From Basidiobolus meristosporus CBS 931.73 (lineage: Eukaryota > Fungi > Basidiobolomycota), in NCBI GenBank assembly GCA_002104905.1, contig MCFE01000058.1, forward strand, positions 124,001-188,000: a stretch of 64,000 nucleotides of DNA, read 5' to 3'. The notes under the pieces are model-generated. The model was not told where the DNA came from and searched no databases. It was given only the letters and a program-made list of their open reading frames with translations. This document shows positions 11,374 to 23,210 of the stretch, one piece after another. A program made the position numbers and the translations under genes. Within the stretch, counting starts at the first letter, position 1. Each line of letters starts with the position of its first letter.

Positions 11374-13085
11374 TCACAAAATTAATGTCCCATATATCTG
11401 TTGAAGCTTCAGTTGTACCTTGATTGCCAATTGAATTGACCTATACACATCCCTATACCCTACACTTACATTAAGCCTAGCCCCACACTCAACAAGTAAC
11501 TTCATCAAAATCCACCACTCAATAAGTATTTCTGCTGTAAAGCTCTGGTTCCACAACTTTAGCAGGAACCCAATTGCTTTATGCCACTGTTCATTCACTG
11601 GTTCCCACATGTCCTGGTGTTCAGCTGGCACTGCAAGGTCTAGCACCTCATCTGCCAGTCATCGCAATCAATCCTTGCAAATTCCATTGTGTTTTCTTGA
11701 GCACTGCACTTGAAGAAGTGCTGCAACCTCTTGGTGTGCCTATTAATGTTACAAGGCTCCACTGAAGGCACTGTGATAGTCTTTTGAGCTCTTGATGTTG
11801 TAGCCCTGTTGGTCAGTGAGATCTTCCCTCTGTCAACAATGGAGGATGTGGAGGCTGTGGTAGACAAATTGCCTTTTTCAGCAAACTGATTTACCTTGTT
11901 GGAGTGTAGCTCAACTGGCTGCACTTCCAACTCTAGTGACAACAGCTGTTTTCTTGTTGGTAATTCTTCTTAGCTATGATGGAATTCAGTCTGTTCCTGG
12001 CTTGCAGCATTAATTGGCACTCTTCCAGCTACCTGCCATCTCTTTGATGCTTGTCTGGAGCATTTGGCCCTGCTTGTAACAGGCTCTTGAGGAATCCGCT
12101 TGCTTTTAATCATGGCACCATTGTTCTTCTGCCTTTGACAGTTTTGGCTATTCTTAAGATACTTTCTTAGTATACCAATGCTGGCCCAAAATCCATTTTC
12201 CTGTTTGAATCCAGGATACTGCTCATGGAACAAGTCAAGTGCATTCTGCTTGGCCTTGAGTTGCAGCTGGTCCCATGGTATGCCAGCCTTAAGGTGATGG
12301 CATGCTAGACTTCTGACAGCCTCTTGTATATTAGCCCACTCTTCATTATTGCACTCAAGGGCTTCACAGATCTTGAATGTCTCTTGATTTTTAGGCTTGG
12401 ACATAAGCACCACATTGTCTCCCTCCCACGCTGTGATAGGTTCTTCTGTGGGCCTTATCTTTAGGCACTGTTGTTGTGCTTCAAAGACTGTACAGTGTTC
12501 CTCTGCTGTTACATTGGGAAATAGCTCAATTCTTGGCTGTGACATTGAGCTACTTGAGTTCCTTCTTTGCAGCAAAGGTACTGCTTTCTCTACCTGGGAT
12601 ATTGATTGCTCTACACATATTATCTGCTCATCCTGTTTCTGGACTATATCCTGATTTCTCTGGGCCATTGCATTTATCCTATCAGCCGTTGCACCTAATT
12701 GCTTCATTAATGCTTTGGTATGAGCTGACAACATACTTGCTAATATGGGTGGTGGTGATGTTATCATGGCCACTTGCTGGTCATCAACTGAGGGTACTGC
12801 ATTTGCTACATTCTCATCTGCCTGAGCATAATGGTTGGCCTGTGGCTCCACAGAGGTTCTCAGTTGCCTACTTGACTGAGGGCCTGAGGAGTCCGCATTA
12901 TTACCTTTGATGGGCACACTGTCCACAGGGCCTTTTTTGGATATAGCCCTATTTGTTGCACTGAATGTCAAAGCAAGCTGTTGTCCAACCATTCTTCTGT
13001 TGCCATCAGCAGTGGGATTTGGTTGGGAATCAGATGACTTTGCTTTATTTTTTGGCGGCATATATATGGAAGAGAGTAAAACCAA
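11374..13085 (-). pseudogene. Long accessory ORF of the CMC element (~570 codons originally), broken by stops
   Basis: Track ORFs 11970-13085, 11640-11942 and 11374-11646 are one gene: TAA at 11970-11972 corresponds to CAA in copy 1 (EFHHNQEEL). Confidence 0.65.
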
Positions 13086-13283
13086 AGGGGAAATAGTGTT
13101 ACATATACATGTGTATGTAGTGCCACAACTTTATTTATAATGTTTACTATGGTAGGTCATCATTGAATCTTACATTCATATAGGTGTAATGTCTCAAATA
13201 CAAGGCTGTCTTAAGTTCACATGAGCATTGGTCAAAAAGTGACATAATAGCATTACATTGCTGAAGGTCAAACTGTTTGCCCC

Positions 13284-14811
13284 ATGGACAAGACTACTTT
13301 GACCCAACACTGCATGAGAACAGAAATAAGACCATGTGGCTATTGTGGCAAGCCCCTCAGCCATGAAGCATGCAGACAGCATAGGAAGTATTACAAGGAT
13401 CATGGCCAGTGTTTTGCCACCCAACTTGTATTTGACCACTCATTGGTGACTACTGTACCAACATTATCTTGCCAGCCAGCTGATACCTCTATATTGGCAC
13501 CTGGCTGTCTTTGTCACCTTGTGCAAACTGAGTCAGGTGAGCTTGTGATGCCTTTTGGCTCACCTCAGCCTTCTGAATATGGCACTCAGAGTGATAGCTC
13601 TGACAAAGAAGGTTCACTGATGTATTTTGAGCCCATCTCCCCTAACAACAGTACCACATATGAGCCTGGTCAAATCTCCATATGCAATGAGACAACATCC
13701 ATTGAAACAAATGCCAAGGATACTTCATGCAGCCAAGTGAGCCCAGTAATCCATCTGCTGGTGAATGATGTAATGTTGTGGCTTGAGAGGTGGCACGTTT
13801 CTACTACTATCAGTAATGGGGGCAGTGAGGATTTATTACTACTTCTTGCCAAAATCATGCCAGGATGCAACTTACCATGTACATGGTATAAGTGGACAAC
13901 CATCATGCGGCTGGCAACATATGATCCAAAGACTGTCCTGGTTCCCACATGTGTTAAAAGTTGCATAGCATTCACATCCAAAAATGCCACCATTGCAACA
14001 TGTCCAAACTGTCAGGAACCCACCACCATTGAGGGAAAACATTGTTCACACTCTGGATATATTCCGGTCATACTCTTGCTGAGGAAGCTGATGCAGTCCA
14101 ACAAATATTGCAAAGCTATACAGTACTGCACTCAGTATCAATCAAGCGCAAACATATCCAATATATTTGATGGTAAACATTACAAATGGCTAAGGAGCAA
14201 GGGCTACTTTGAAGGTATGTATGACCATACCTTAGCTTTAGCACTTGATGGATTCTCATCAAACAAGTACTCTACCAGCAAATCCTGCTGGCCACTGATT
14301 CTCATTATTCTGAATCTGCTGCTCAACCAATGGTAGCAGAGCAATAATCCAATGGTAGTCTCACTAGTAGCTGGGCCTAAATCACCATCTAACCTGGATA
14401 GCTATCTGTATCCATTGCCGGATGAATTTTGTATGCTTTCCAGCAGGATATCAGTAAATAGCTGTCATGTAAAAGCACATATTATTATCTGCATTGGAGA
14501 TACCCCAGCCATCAGTAAGAGAGCAGGTTATTCCAGGAACAACAATTGGTATTGCGGTTGAATATGTGAGATCCTGAGGATTTACTCCATAACTCACACA
14601 CATTATTATTACCCAAGCACCAGCGCTAAGAGCATCATCCTTCCACAGAGAGAACATACAGAAGACAGCATGTAATTGCAGCAAAGTTGGCAAATCTATA
14701 AGCCATTGGCCATAATATGGAATCAATTGGAAACCAGAGATACTTAAGATAGAGGGTATCTGTTGGAGCAAAAGCTTTCCACTGGGAGCAATGCATTTGC
14801 TTTTCAATCAT
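13284..14811 (+). pseudogene. Transposase_21/Tnp2-family (CMC/EnSpm) transposase, N-terminal and catalytic part; continues at 22885-~23205
   Basis: C..SC.AF....CP.C zinc motif, NIFDGKHY, LALALDGF, CWPLILIILNL, AGPKSPSNLDSYLYPL.DEF motifs. Confidence 0.85.
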
Positions 14812-14984
14812 AGGCTTGTTCTGTTGGATAGTGCCAGATAGTGCCAGCCTGTTTATAGTGCTGGATCAATCTAGCACTATCTGGCACTATAATTTCTACC
14901 ATCATGCCAGTGGTAGGTTATAGTTACTGGCAATTGTACTCAATTTTACTTATGTTGCTCAGAGTAGTGCTTTCCTTGCTGTAT

Positions 14985-15869
14985 TTACTCTTCATAATGC
15001 TCCAGACACATTTCTCTCAGTGGATGTCTTCTTGTATGAATATACTGTGCATTGATAAGTATCTTAATTACTTTACCTATTCTGCTATTTTCTCCTATAT
15101 ATGACTTTCCTCTGTATTTACCTGCCAATATGCTGAATATCTTCAGGTATCCAAATGTGTGCTCTACCCTCACTCTGAAATGATTAAATATCTCATTATT
15201 GAGCTTCTGCTTCCTGCTAAGCACACCATTCCTTGGCTTCCTATAAGCTTTAATACATCCTAATCTCTGACAATCCTCTCCTATATAAGCTATGTCTGCC
15301 ACACATTTCTCTGCTCTACTGAATTCTGGATGATTCTCTACCCAGTGTGCTTTATCATGCCTACTTTCAGCAAATGGCCCACTAAACCAGATGATGTTAC
15401 CCTCAATGTCTGACAGTGCTTGAAAGTTCACACAGTGTGCCTTGTACTTGCCAGAATAAAAGTGCCTCTGCCCTCTAGAAGGTCTGTTAATCCTGACTGG
15501 GAAGGTATCCAAAATACTCCTTATATGGAACCTGTTGCTGAACACTCTGGGATATGGAAGTTTATTGGAGCTTCTAAACCTAGTGCTCCAAGCATGCTCT
15601 AAGTCATGCATACCCTCTGCAAGGTAGTTCCCCATTGCTGTCAGCTGAGAATGAAAGCTTCTAGGACTTTTGTTGCCATGGATGGTAGGATGAAGCCTTG
15701 TAGGTCAATAGCTCTTGTAATAGCAGAGAAGCTTAACAAGGGATCTCCTTGAGTAGATTGGGGTAGATGGACCACAGTACTTAGTATAGATCTCCTCTAG
15801 TGTGTCAAAAGGAAGTCCAGTAGTAGTGATGGGATTGAAGAGAAAAGACCATTCTGATGAGTAAGTCAT
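14985..15869 (-). pseudogene. DDE_Tnp_4-type transposase of Pangu-like copy 2
   Basis: Close paralog of 6003-6887; internal TGA near 15705. Confidence 0.9.
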
Positions 15870-16141
15870 ATTAAAGTTGGAAAAGATTGCGCTGAGATGA
15901 TTTGAGTTGATTTGGCACAATCAGCTTTATTTATCAGACTTTCCATGCATTATGATTAAATCTCCATCAATTGTCATGTATCCCATCATTATGGTGCAAA
16001 AATCATCTTCAAACAGTGACTGGGTAGTTTTATTGATGTTTTACTTACATATCTATAATCAAATAGGAAATCTGTGATTGATGTGATCTGATCTGTGTCA
16101 ATGCAATCTAAGATGCATTATGCATAATATATTGAAAATTC

Positions 16142-19100
16142 TGTTGTAAGAGTCCTGGAGATATTGGTAGTGATTGGGAGAACAAGTAGGTTATGTGGTT
16201 TTCACTTAATGATTTATTGAATGTAAAAGTGGTATTTATACTTTTACCTGGTCTTGGCATTACAAACACGTAGAATAAGTTAAGGAAGGTCCCAAGAGCA
16301 TGTGTGCAAAGTTTGGGGCTATTTGGACAACTTTGAGAATTTCATGTTCTGGGTACCTGGTATTTTGGTGAAAATATTCTAAGTAAATCCCAACAAGGAA
16401 TTTGGTCAGTATTCTCTAGGATTTGAAGGTAATGATCTAAGTGACTAAGTTAGGTGAATATTTAGGCGGAATTACAAACTTTTACAACACTCCCACTCAG
16501 CTAAATGTACATACTGACTAGTCCTAATTTTGACCTAAGTTATTCAAACTTGTTTCTAGCTAATGGTTTGGTAAATATGTCTGCAATCATTTCATCTGTA
16601 GGAAAGTAAACTAAGCTAACTAAGTTATTCTCTATAGCTTCATGTATGAAATGATGTCTAATATCTATGTGCTTGGTTCTAGCATGAAAAGTTGGACTTC
16701 TACCTAATTGTATACATCCTTGATTATCTTGAAATAAAGTACTAGGCATTTTTTGACATAGACCTAAATCTCTAAACAGCTTTCTTAACCACATGCTTCT
16801 TTTGTAGCTTCACAGGCTGCCATGTACTCTGCCTCTGTGGTAGAAAGTGCTACAGTTGGTTGCTTTCTTGAATTCCATGAAATTGCTCCTTTACAGTAAA
16901 GAAAGGTGTAACCTGTGGTGAATCTTCTGTCTTCTAAATTTTGACCCCAATCAGCATTAGAGTATCCCACAAGATCTTGTTCTGAGTCCTTATAAGTGTA
17001 TCTTAAGCAAATATCAGCAGTTCCTTTTAGGTATCTGAAAATCCGCTTAACTGCTGCAATACAATCAGATCCAAAGTTCTGATTATGTTGGCTGACAACT
17101 CCCACTGAATATGAGATATCTGGACATGTTCCAAGCATGATATACATCAGACTGCCAATCATAGATTGATAAGGAAAGTCAGGGCTTTCAGATGGCACTA
17201 AGCTCTCTTGATTTGGTTGCGTTTTGACCAAGTTAAGGTTTGTCTCCATTGGGGTAGCTGCCGGTTTACAGTCTTCCATTTTGTACTTCTTTAGTATATC
17301 TTGAATATACTTGGATTGGCTTAGGGTAATAGTCTTGGTACTTCTGTCTATGGAGAAGTTAATCCCTAAGTAGTCACTAAGTTCTCCTAAATCAGACATC
17401 TTGAACTCCTTAGATAGGCTGGATTTAGTCTCTTCCAATGTTTCTAGGTTATTGGCGGCTATAATAAGATCATCCACATGTAGAGCTAATAGAACTGGAC
17501 TTGCTCTATCTGGCTTATAGTATATACTATAGTTAGCATTACTTCTTTTGAAACTCAAGGATTCCAAATAAGAATCTATCTTGCAATTCCAGGCTCTCGG
17601 TGATTGTTTGAGATCATTTAGTGACTTTTTAAGCTTGCAGACCAAATGGGGGTTATCTTGGTCAATAAACCCATCAGCCTTGTCCATATACACGTCCTCA
17701 TCAAGTTCTCTATTCAAAAATGCAGTTTTTACATCCATTTGATGAATAAAAAACTTATATTTGGCTGCAATAGCTAATATTAATCTGATGGAATTAAACT
17801 TGGCTACCAGTGCAAAGGTCTCAGTATAGTCAAGTCCTTTTGTTTGAGAGTATCCTTTGGCTACAAGTCTTGCTTTGTATCTTTCAATTGTACCATCAGC
17901 CTTGTATTTTGTCTTGAAGACCCATCTGCATCCAATTGATTTTTGGTTGATTGGTAATTTGACTAAGTCCCAAGTTTGATTGTCCATCAGGGCCTGATAT
18001 TCCTCAGTCATTGCATTTCTCCAAAACTTTGTCTGAGGGCTATTTAGGGCCACTTTTACAGTCTGGGGCTCATCAATATGGACTGAATAGGCATAGGCTA
18101 AGTTTGTACCCTCATTGATATAGTAATTTGGACTATTTCATGTCCAATTGGATCTCCAGGCATTTGATACTGGAATGATCACTTCTGGGATATTCCTGGG
18201 CACTGATTTTGGCTAAAACATGGTTGTAGAGTCCTCTGGAGTGCAAAAATTTTCATTGTTTTGTACTGATTCAATCCTGACAATTGATGGACTTGAGATC
18301 AAATTTTTGTCATCATCTGATGTCATTTTTTGTGAAAATTTTGAATTTTCATCAACTAACACTTCCCTGGACTTGATCAGCCTCTTTGCTTTGGTATTGT
18401 AGAGTCTGTATGCCTTACTCTCATTGCAGTAGCCCAAAAATATGCATTTTACACTTTTTGGCTTAAATTTTGACTGATTTCCGGCCAGTTTTTTGGCAAA
18501 TGCTGTACACCCAAATATTCCTAGATGTTCTGCACTTGGTCTGTATCCACACCATGCTTCAAATGGAGTAGAATCACAAAGTATTCTGTTATAACTCCTA
18601 TTTTTAAGATATACAGCAGTGGCACCTGATTCCGCCCAAAAATTATAGGATAATTTTTGATCATGGATCATAGATCTTGCCATATCAATTATTGATCTGT
18701 TAGCTCATTCTGCTACTCCATTTTGCTGTGGGGAGTATGGTACAGTAGTCTCTTGCTTTATCCCATGAATTTTGCAGAAGTGGATGAAGAGTTTTGAGGT
18801 ACATACTCCACCATTGTGAGAGTGTATTTTCTTGATTTTTCACCAGTCTCTCTCTCAACCATGGCTTTAAGCTCCCTGAGCTTAGACAGAGCTTCTTCCT
18901 TTCTCTCTATGAAGTAGACCCATGAGTATCTTGTATAATCATCAATAAAAGTAATTAAATACTTCATCCCGCTTAAGGATAAATTTTGCATAGGTCCACA
19001 CAGATCTGAGTGAATTAGATCTAATTTTTTCTTAGTTTTGATTATCCCAGAGCTCTTGAACAGTTTTCTTGCTTGTTTCCCATATATGCAGGCTTCACAG

Positions 19101-20822
19101 TGCTTCAAATTAGCTGGGGGATCAATTTTCACTCCAGAATTAGCTGTTCTTTGATCATTTTGTGCAAATAATCAAAATTGATGTGCCCAAATCTCCTGTG
19201 CCAAAGCATTGGTGTTTCTTCATTTAAGTTACTTATATTGGCTTCCAGATATGATGGAATATAAGTCAACTTGTATAGATTCTGATCTCTAATGCCCAAA
19301 GCAATACGGGCACCATTTTGATCAGTGATCCTGTATCCAGAATTGTCAAAGCTGAAACTGAGTCCTTCTGCTGTGGCCTTGCTTACAGAGAGTAGGTTCT
19401 TGGCTATTTCTGGTACATAGAGTACTTCTTTAAAGATCAGTGTATGACTTCCTTCACTGCTTCTTAGGTTTACTTGGATAGTTCCTTCTCCCACTGCATC
19501 AAGTGTTCTATTGTCACCCATGAAAACCTTCTTAATTGGAAGATTTTGATATTGGGTAAGAAGTTCTTTTTGGTGTGTAAAGTGTTGAGAAGCTCCAGAG
19601 TCAATATACCACGTCTGAGAATCCTTGTTTGTGGTCATATTTAGTGCAGATATGAATAGTCTATTTTCAGTTGTTGCAGCATTTCCATATTCAGGCTTCT
19701 TTTGCTGATTATCTTTCTTTTTGAGACACCGGTCTGATGTTTGTCCTTTCCATTTGCAGTAGTTACAAAACAGGTTGCTGTTGCCTTTGTTGGGTTTTGG
19801 GTACCTCCTTTGTTGGTTATCATTGCTTATTAAAGCATTTTCTTCTTCCTTCTTATTGGCGCTTGTTTTTCTTAATTCTTCATCTAGGAGCCTTCCATAT
19901 ACATAATTTAAGGTCAAAACTTCAGTTCTGGACTCTAGGGCTGATACAAGACCCTGAAACCTGTCTGTTAGGCTATTCAGGATGGTAACTATCACATCCT
20001 CATCAGTAGTTTGTACGCCTACAGATTCCATATCATCTACCAGCAGGGTAATTCTGTTAATTAGATTTTTCATTTCTTCTCCTGGCAGCATCTTTGTAGT
20101 AAAGAATTTTTGTCTGAGATACATCTTCTTGGCAGCTGAACATGACTGGTAGGTGTCTTCTAATGCTTTCCAGGCATTCTCTGCAGTTTTTGCTCTTGAG
20201 CATTGAATTAGCAATTTGTCCTTGACATTAAGGCAAATGCAGTTAAAGGCACTTTGTTCTTTCTTCTGGTACTTTAAGGCTTCCTCTCCCACGTTTTTAG
20301 GAGGGCAATCTTCTCCCATGACAATATCCCAAAGGCCTCTTTCTTGTAGCAGCTTCTTCATCTTCACCTTCCACATTTGGTAGTTTGATCCATCCAACTT
20401 TTCAGCATAGGGAAAAATTCCAGTAATAGCAGTAGTAGACATTGCAGAGAGTGAGAGCTTGGGGCTCATAACCTGCTGTAAGAGTCTTGGAGATATTGGA
20501 AGTGATTGGGAGAACAAGTAGATTATGTGGTTTTCACTTAATGATTTATTGAATGTAAAAGTGGTATTTATACTTTTACCTGGTCTTGGCATTACAAACA
20601 TGTAGAATAGGTCAAGGAAGGTCCCAAGAACATGTGTGCATAGTTTGGGGCTGTTTGGACAACTTTGAGAATTTTCATGTTCTGGGTACCTGGTTTTTTG
20701 GTGAAAATATTCTAAGTAAATCCCAACAAGGAATTTGGTCAGTATTCTCTAGGATTTGAAGGTAATGATCTAAGTGACTAAGTTAGGTGATTATTTAGGT
20801 GGAATTATAAATTTTTACAACA
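16142..20822 (-). mobile_element. Complete Ty1/Copia element (Copia-2, 4681 bp)
   Basis: LTRs at 16142-16489 (3') and 20474-20822 (5'), perfect TSD AATTC (16137-16141, 20823-20827), PBS reverse complement at 20461-20473, PPT at 16490; empty site GAAAATTCAACAATC at ~7153 in Pangu copy 1. Confidence 0.97.
16501..20442 (-). pseudogene. Copia-2 gag-pol with frameshifts and stops
   Basis: Same gag, PR, IN, RT and RH motifs as Copia-1, split across track ORFs. Confidence 0.95.
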
Positions 20823-21006
20823 AATTCAGCAATCACATTAGTTTTCATATATATTTCATATAAGAACAGGTTTATGCCAATACACCACTGTATAAGTATC
20901 CAAATCTGTCATTATAGTCCTTATACCAAGTCTGAACTCATCTTTAGTTCAACCCAGACAAAACCCATCCCCCTGCTCACAAGCATTGTCCGGACTGGAA
21001 AAAGCA

Positions 21007-22160
21007 ATGTTGGAACTGTTTGAGTTCTTGCCAAATGATTTCAGTATGGCCCAAGTGTCTATGATGAGCCTTTATACAGATATTTGAGCACTGCCCATTT
21101 ATCTAGCAGAACTAGGTACCTCAGAGAGTTGACAGAGATGGAAGAACCTGAGTAAAAAGCTGTGGCATGAGTTCTACATCAAGATGCCAGCAGATGTATG
21201 TAAGAAGATATATAACAAGACAAGTATTGGAATCAAGAATGAGCTGAGAGTGAGGGGATTTGATGAGGAAGCCATGCGGGAACAATTTTGCATGCAATTT
21301 GCACAGTACGGGCTGGACATGTCTGTTTATGCCTCAACTTTGGGAACCAAAGAGATTTTGAATGAGTTATTGCCTCAAATGACCAATGTGTTACATGATA
21401 TATTAGTAGAGCTAAGTGGCTTCCAACAGCAATAAACACAGGACTCATCCAGGTAACAGTTGCAAAGTATTAGGCAGAGGGTAAGTGAATACCTTGAGGA
21501 ATCAGAAGGTGAGCTACAAGAGGAGGAATACAGACCACAAGCAACATTATCTAGATTGCACCAGCATGCCTTGCTGGATTCCTTACCATCCCTTGCAACT
21601 TCAGCGCACCAGCGCATGTCAGTCCAAACTACACCAACACCCTTCACAAGAGCACCCCACATTGACTCAACATGTATTGGGTCAATGCGCACGCTTTGGA
21701 GCAGAACCACCAGAACCCACCAAACTGCTCAAAAAGACACAAGTCTTTGGAACAGGCCAAGTTGCATCAACAAGCAGCATCACATCAAACTCAGCCAAGG
21801 GTCATGCCAGCGCATCAAGTTGCGTCTGCACGTGCCCTTACACTTGACCATCAGCAAGTTTCTTCTGGTGGACTGACGGATGATGACCCACAGGAAGTGC
21901 CTCCACCACCAGAGCCTTAGGCAAGTAAAAGAACGTGCCACCGTGTAGCACTGCAGGCCGGCTTAGTTGCATCATCTGGAGCAATTCAGCATGGCCAAGC
22001 TGCAGCATTGCACTCATCAACTAGGAGGCAAAATACTGACTACAAATACACAAGTAGCCAAGAGGATAGTCAACAAGAAAGTAGTTTAGGTGTGCAAAGT
22101 GAATCATTACCAAAGGCTTCAGTAGTAATCCCTGTGAGAAAAAAGCCTAGGAGAAGATGA
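21007..22160 (+). pseudogene. ORF2 of Pangu-like copy 2, multiple stops
   Basis: Aligns with 7340-8497 with abundant CG-to-TG/CA changes. Confidence 0.85.
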
Positions 22161-23210
22161 TGCAATTACATTGAATTGCTATTATTTGTAAAGATCCAAA
22201 CAATGCATTTTTTTTTGCAATCCGCATCAAGCCATTGCAAATCAGTGATCACTAAATTTTTGATATGAGCAATATCAAGGTTGTCTCAAATTTGAGACAG
22301 GACCCCTATAAATAAACACCCTGCATATGTATACATCATCTGTGGCACCAGTGCAGCCATTTGATCTGATTTGCACCCATTCAATTGATTGCATGCTAGC
22401 TATGACACCTTGTCCAATCACTATGATCAGGGATTCACTTGCTTAATGGGCAAAATGGGATATTTGAAGGCAAATTAGGTAGCTTGTGTATTGGTCAAAG
22501 AGCCAATTGGGGGCTGAAAGCTTCTGGATACTTTTGGACCAATTAACCACTGAGATACCATCCAATTGGAGTGATGGTAACCAAAATGGTAAGTATCAGT
22601 GTTGTTTATAGTGTGATATGCATTTATTTCCATTTACATTAAAGAAACATATCCAATTACTGGATTTTATCTACCATAATAGCAGTATCCAATTGCGCAT
22701 GTGATGCAAACATTACAAGTGGGCACAATCATTTGTGCCAACCTCATTGTGCAAGATTGTCCCACATGGTGCAAAATTGTCCAAGAGCAATCCTGCCTAC
22801 TGGTAGCTACAATATTGCTCCCAATTGTTCTTAGAGACTGCCAATTGCACTGCATGCCCTGGCATGGTACAATGGAACAAGTCTAATTTTGCTATACTGA
22901 TGACCAAGTTATACATGGGGCATTTCAAGCTTAATGAGCCCATTGAGATACTGGCAAAATTTGAAAGAATTGGCAATACATTACAGAGTATCCACTATCC
23001 TCAGTACTTCTCACTGGCTCCAATGAATATTCATATGCATACGCAACAATACAAATGCAAAGATGGGATGAGCTGGATATGAATTTATTCAAGTGATTTT
23101 CTGAAGCCATTCCTACCAAGAGTATATTGGTAGCATTGGGAGTCATATGTGGACACTGTATGAATATTTATTAAGAGGATCACCAATGCCAACTTGATAT
23201 ATCTACAGCA

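Larger units (their letters stand above)
14812..22884. mobile_element. Pangu-like PHIS transposon copy 2, CpG-eroded, interrupted by Copia-2
   Basis: Left end AGGCTTGTTCTGT (degenerate TIR), right end ATGGAACAAGTCT; flanks CAT/AAT versus a single AAT in the homologous empty site at ~1005-1015 (minus). Confidence 0.88.
11334..23210. mobile_element. CMC/CACTA-type DNA transposon copy 2 (left terminus CCCTATG; right end truncated), containing nested Pangu-like and Copia elements
   Basis: CCCTA terminus fits the CMCWR consensus; Tnp2-type transposase on + and a long accessory ORF on -. Confidence 0.7.
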
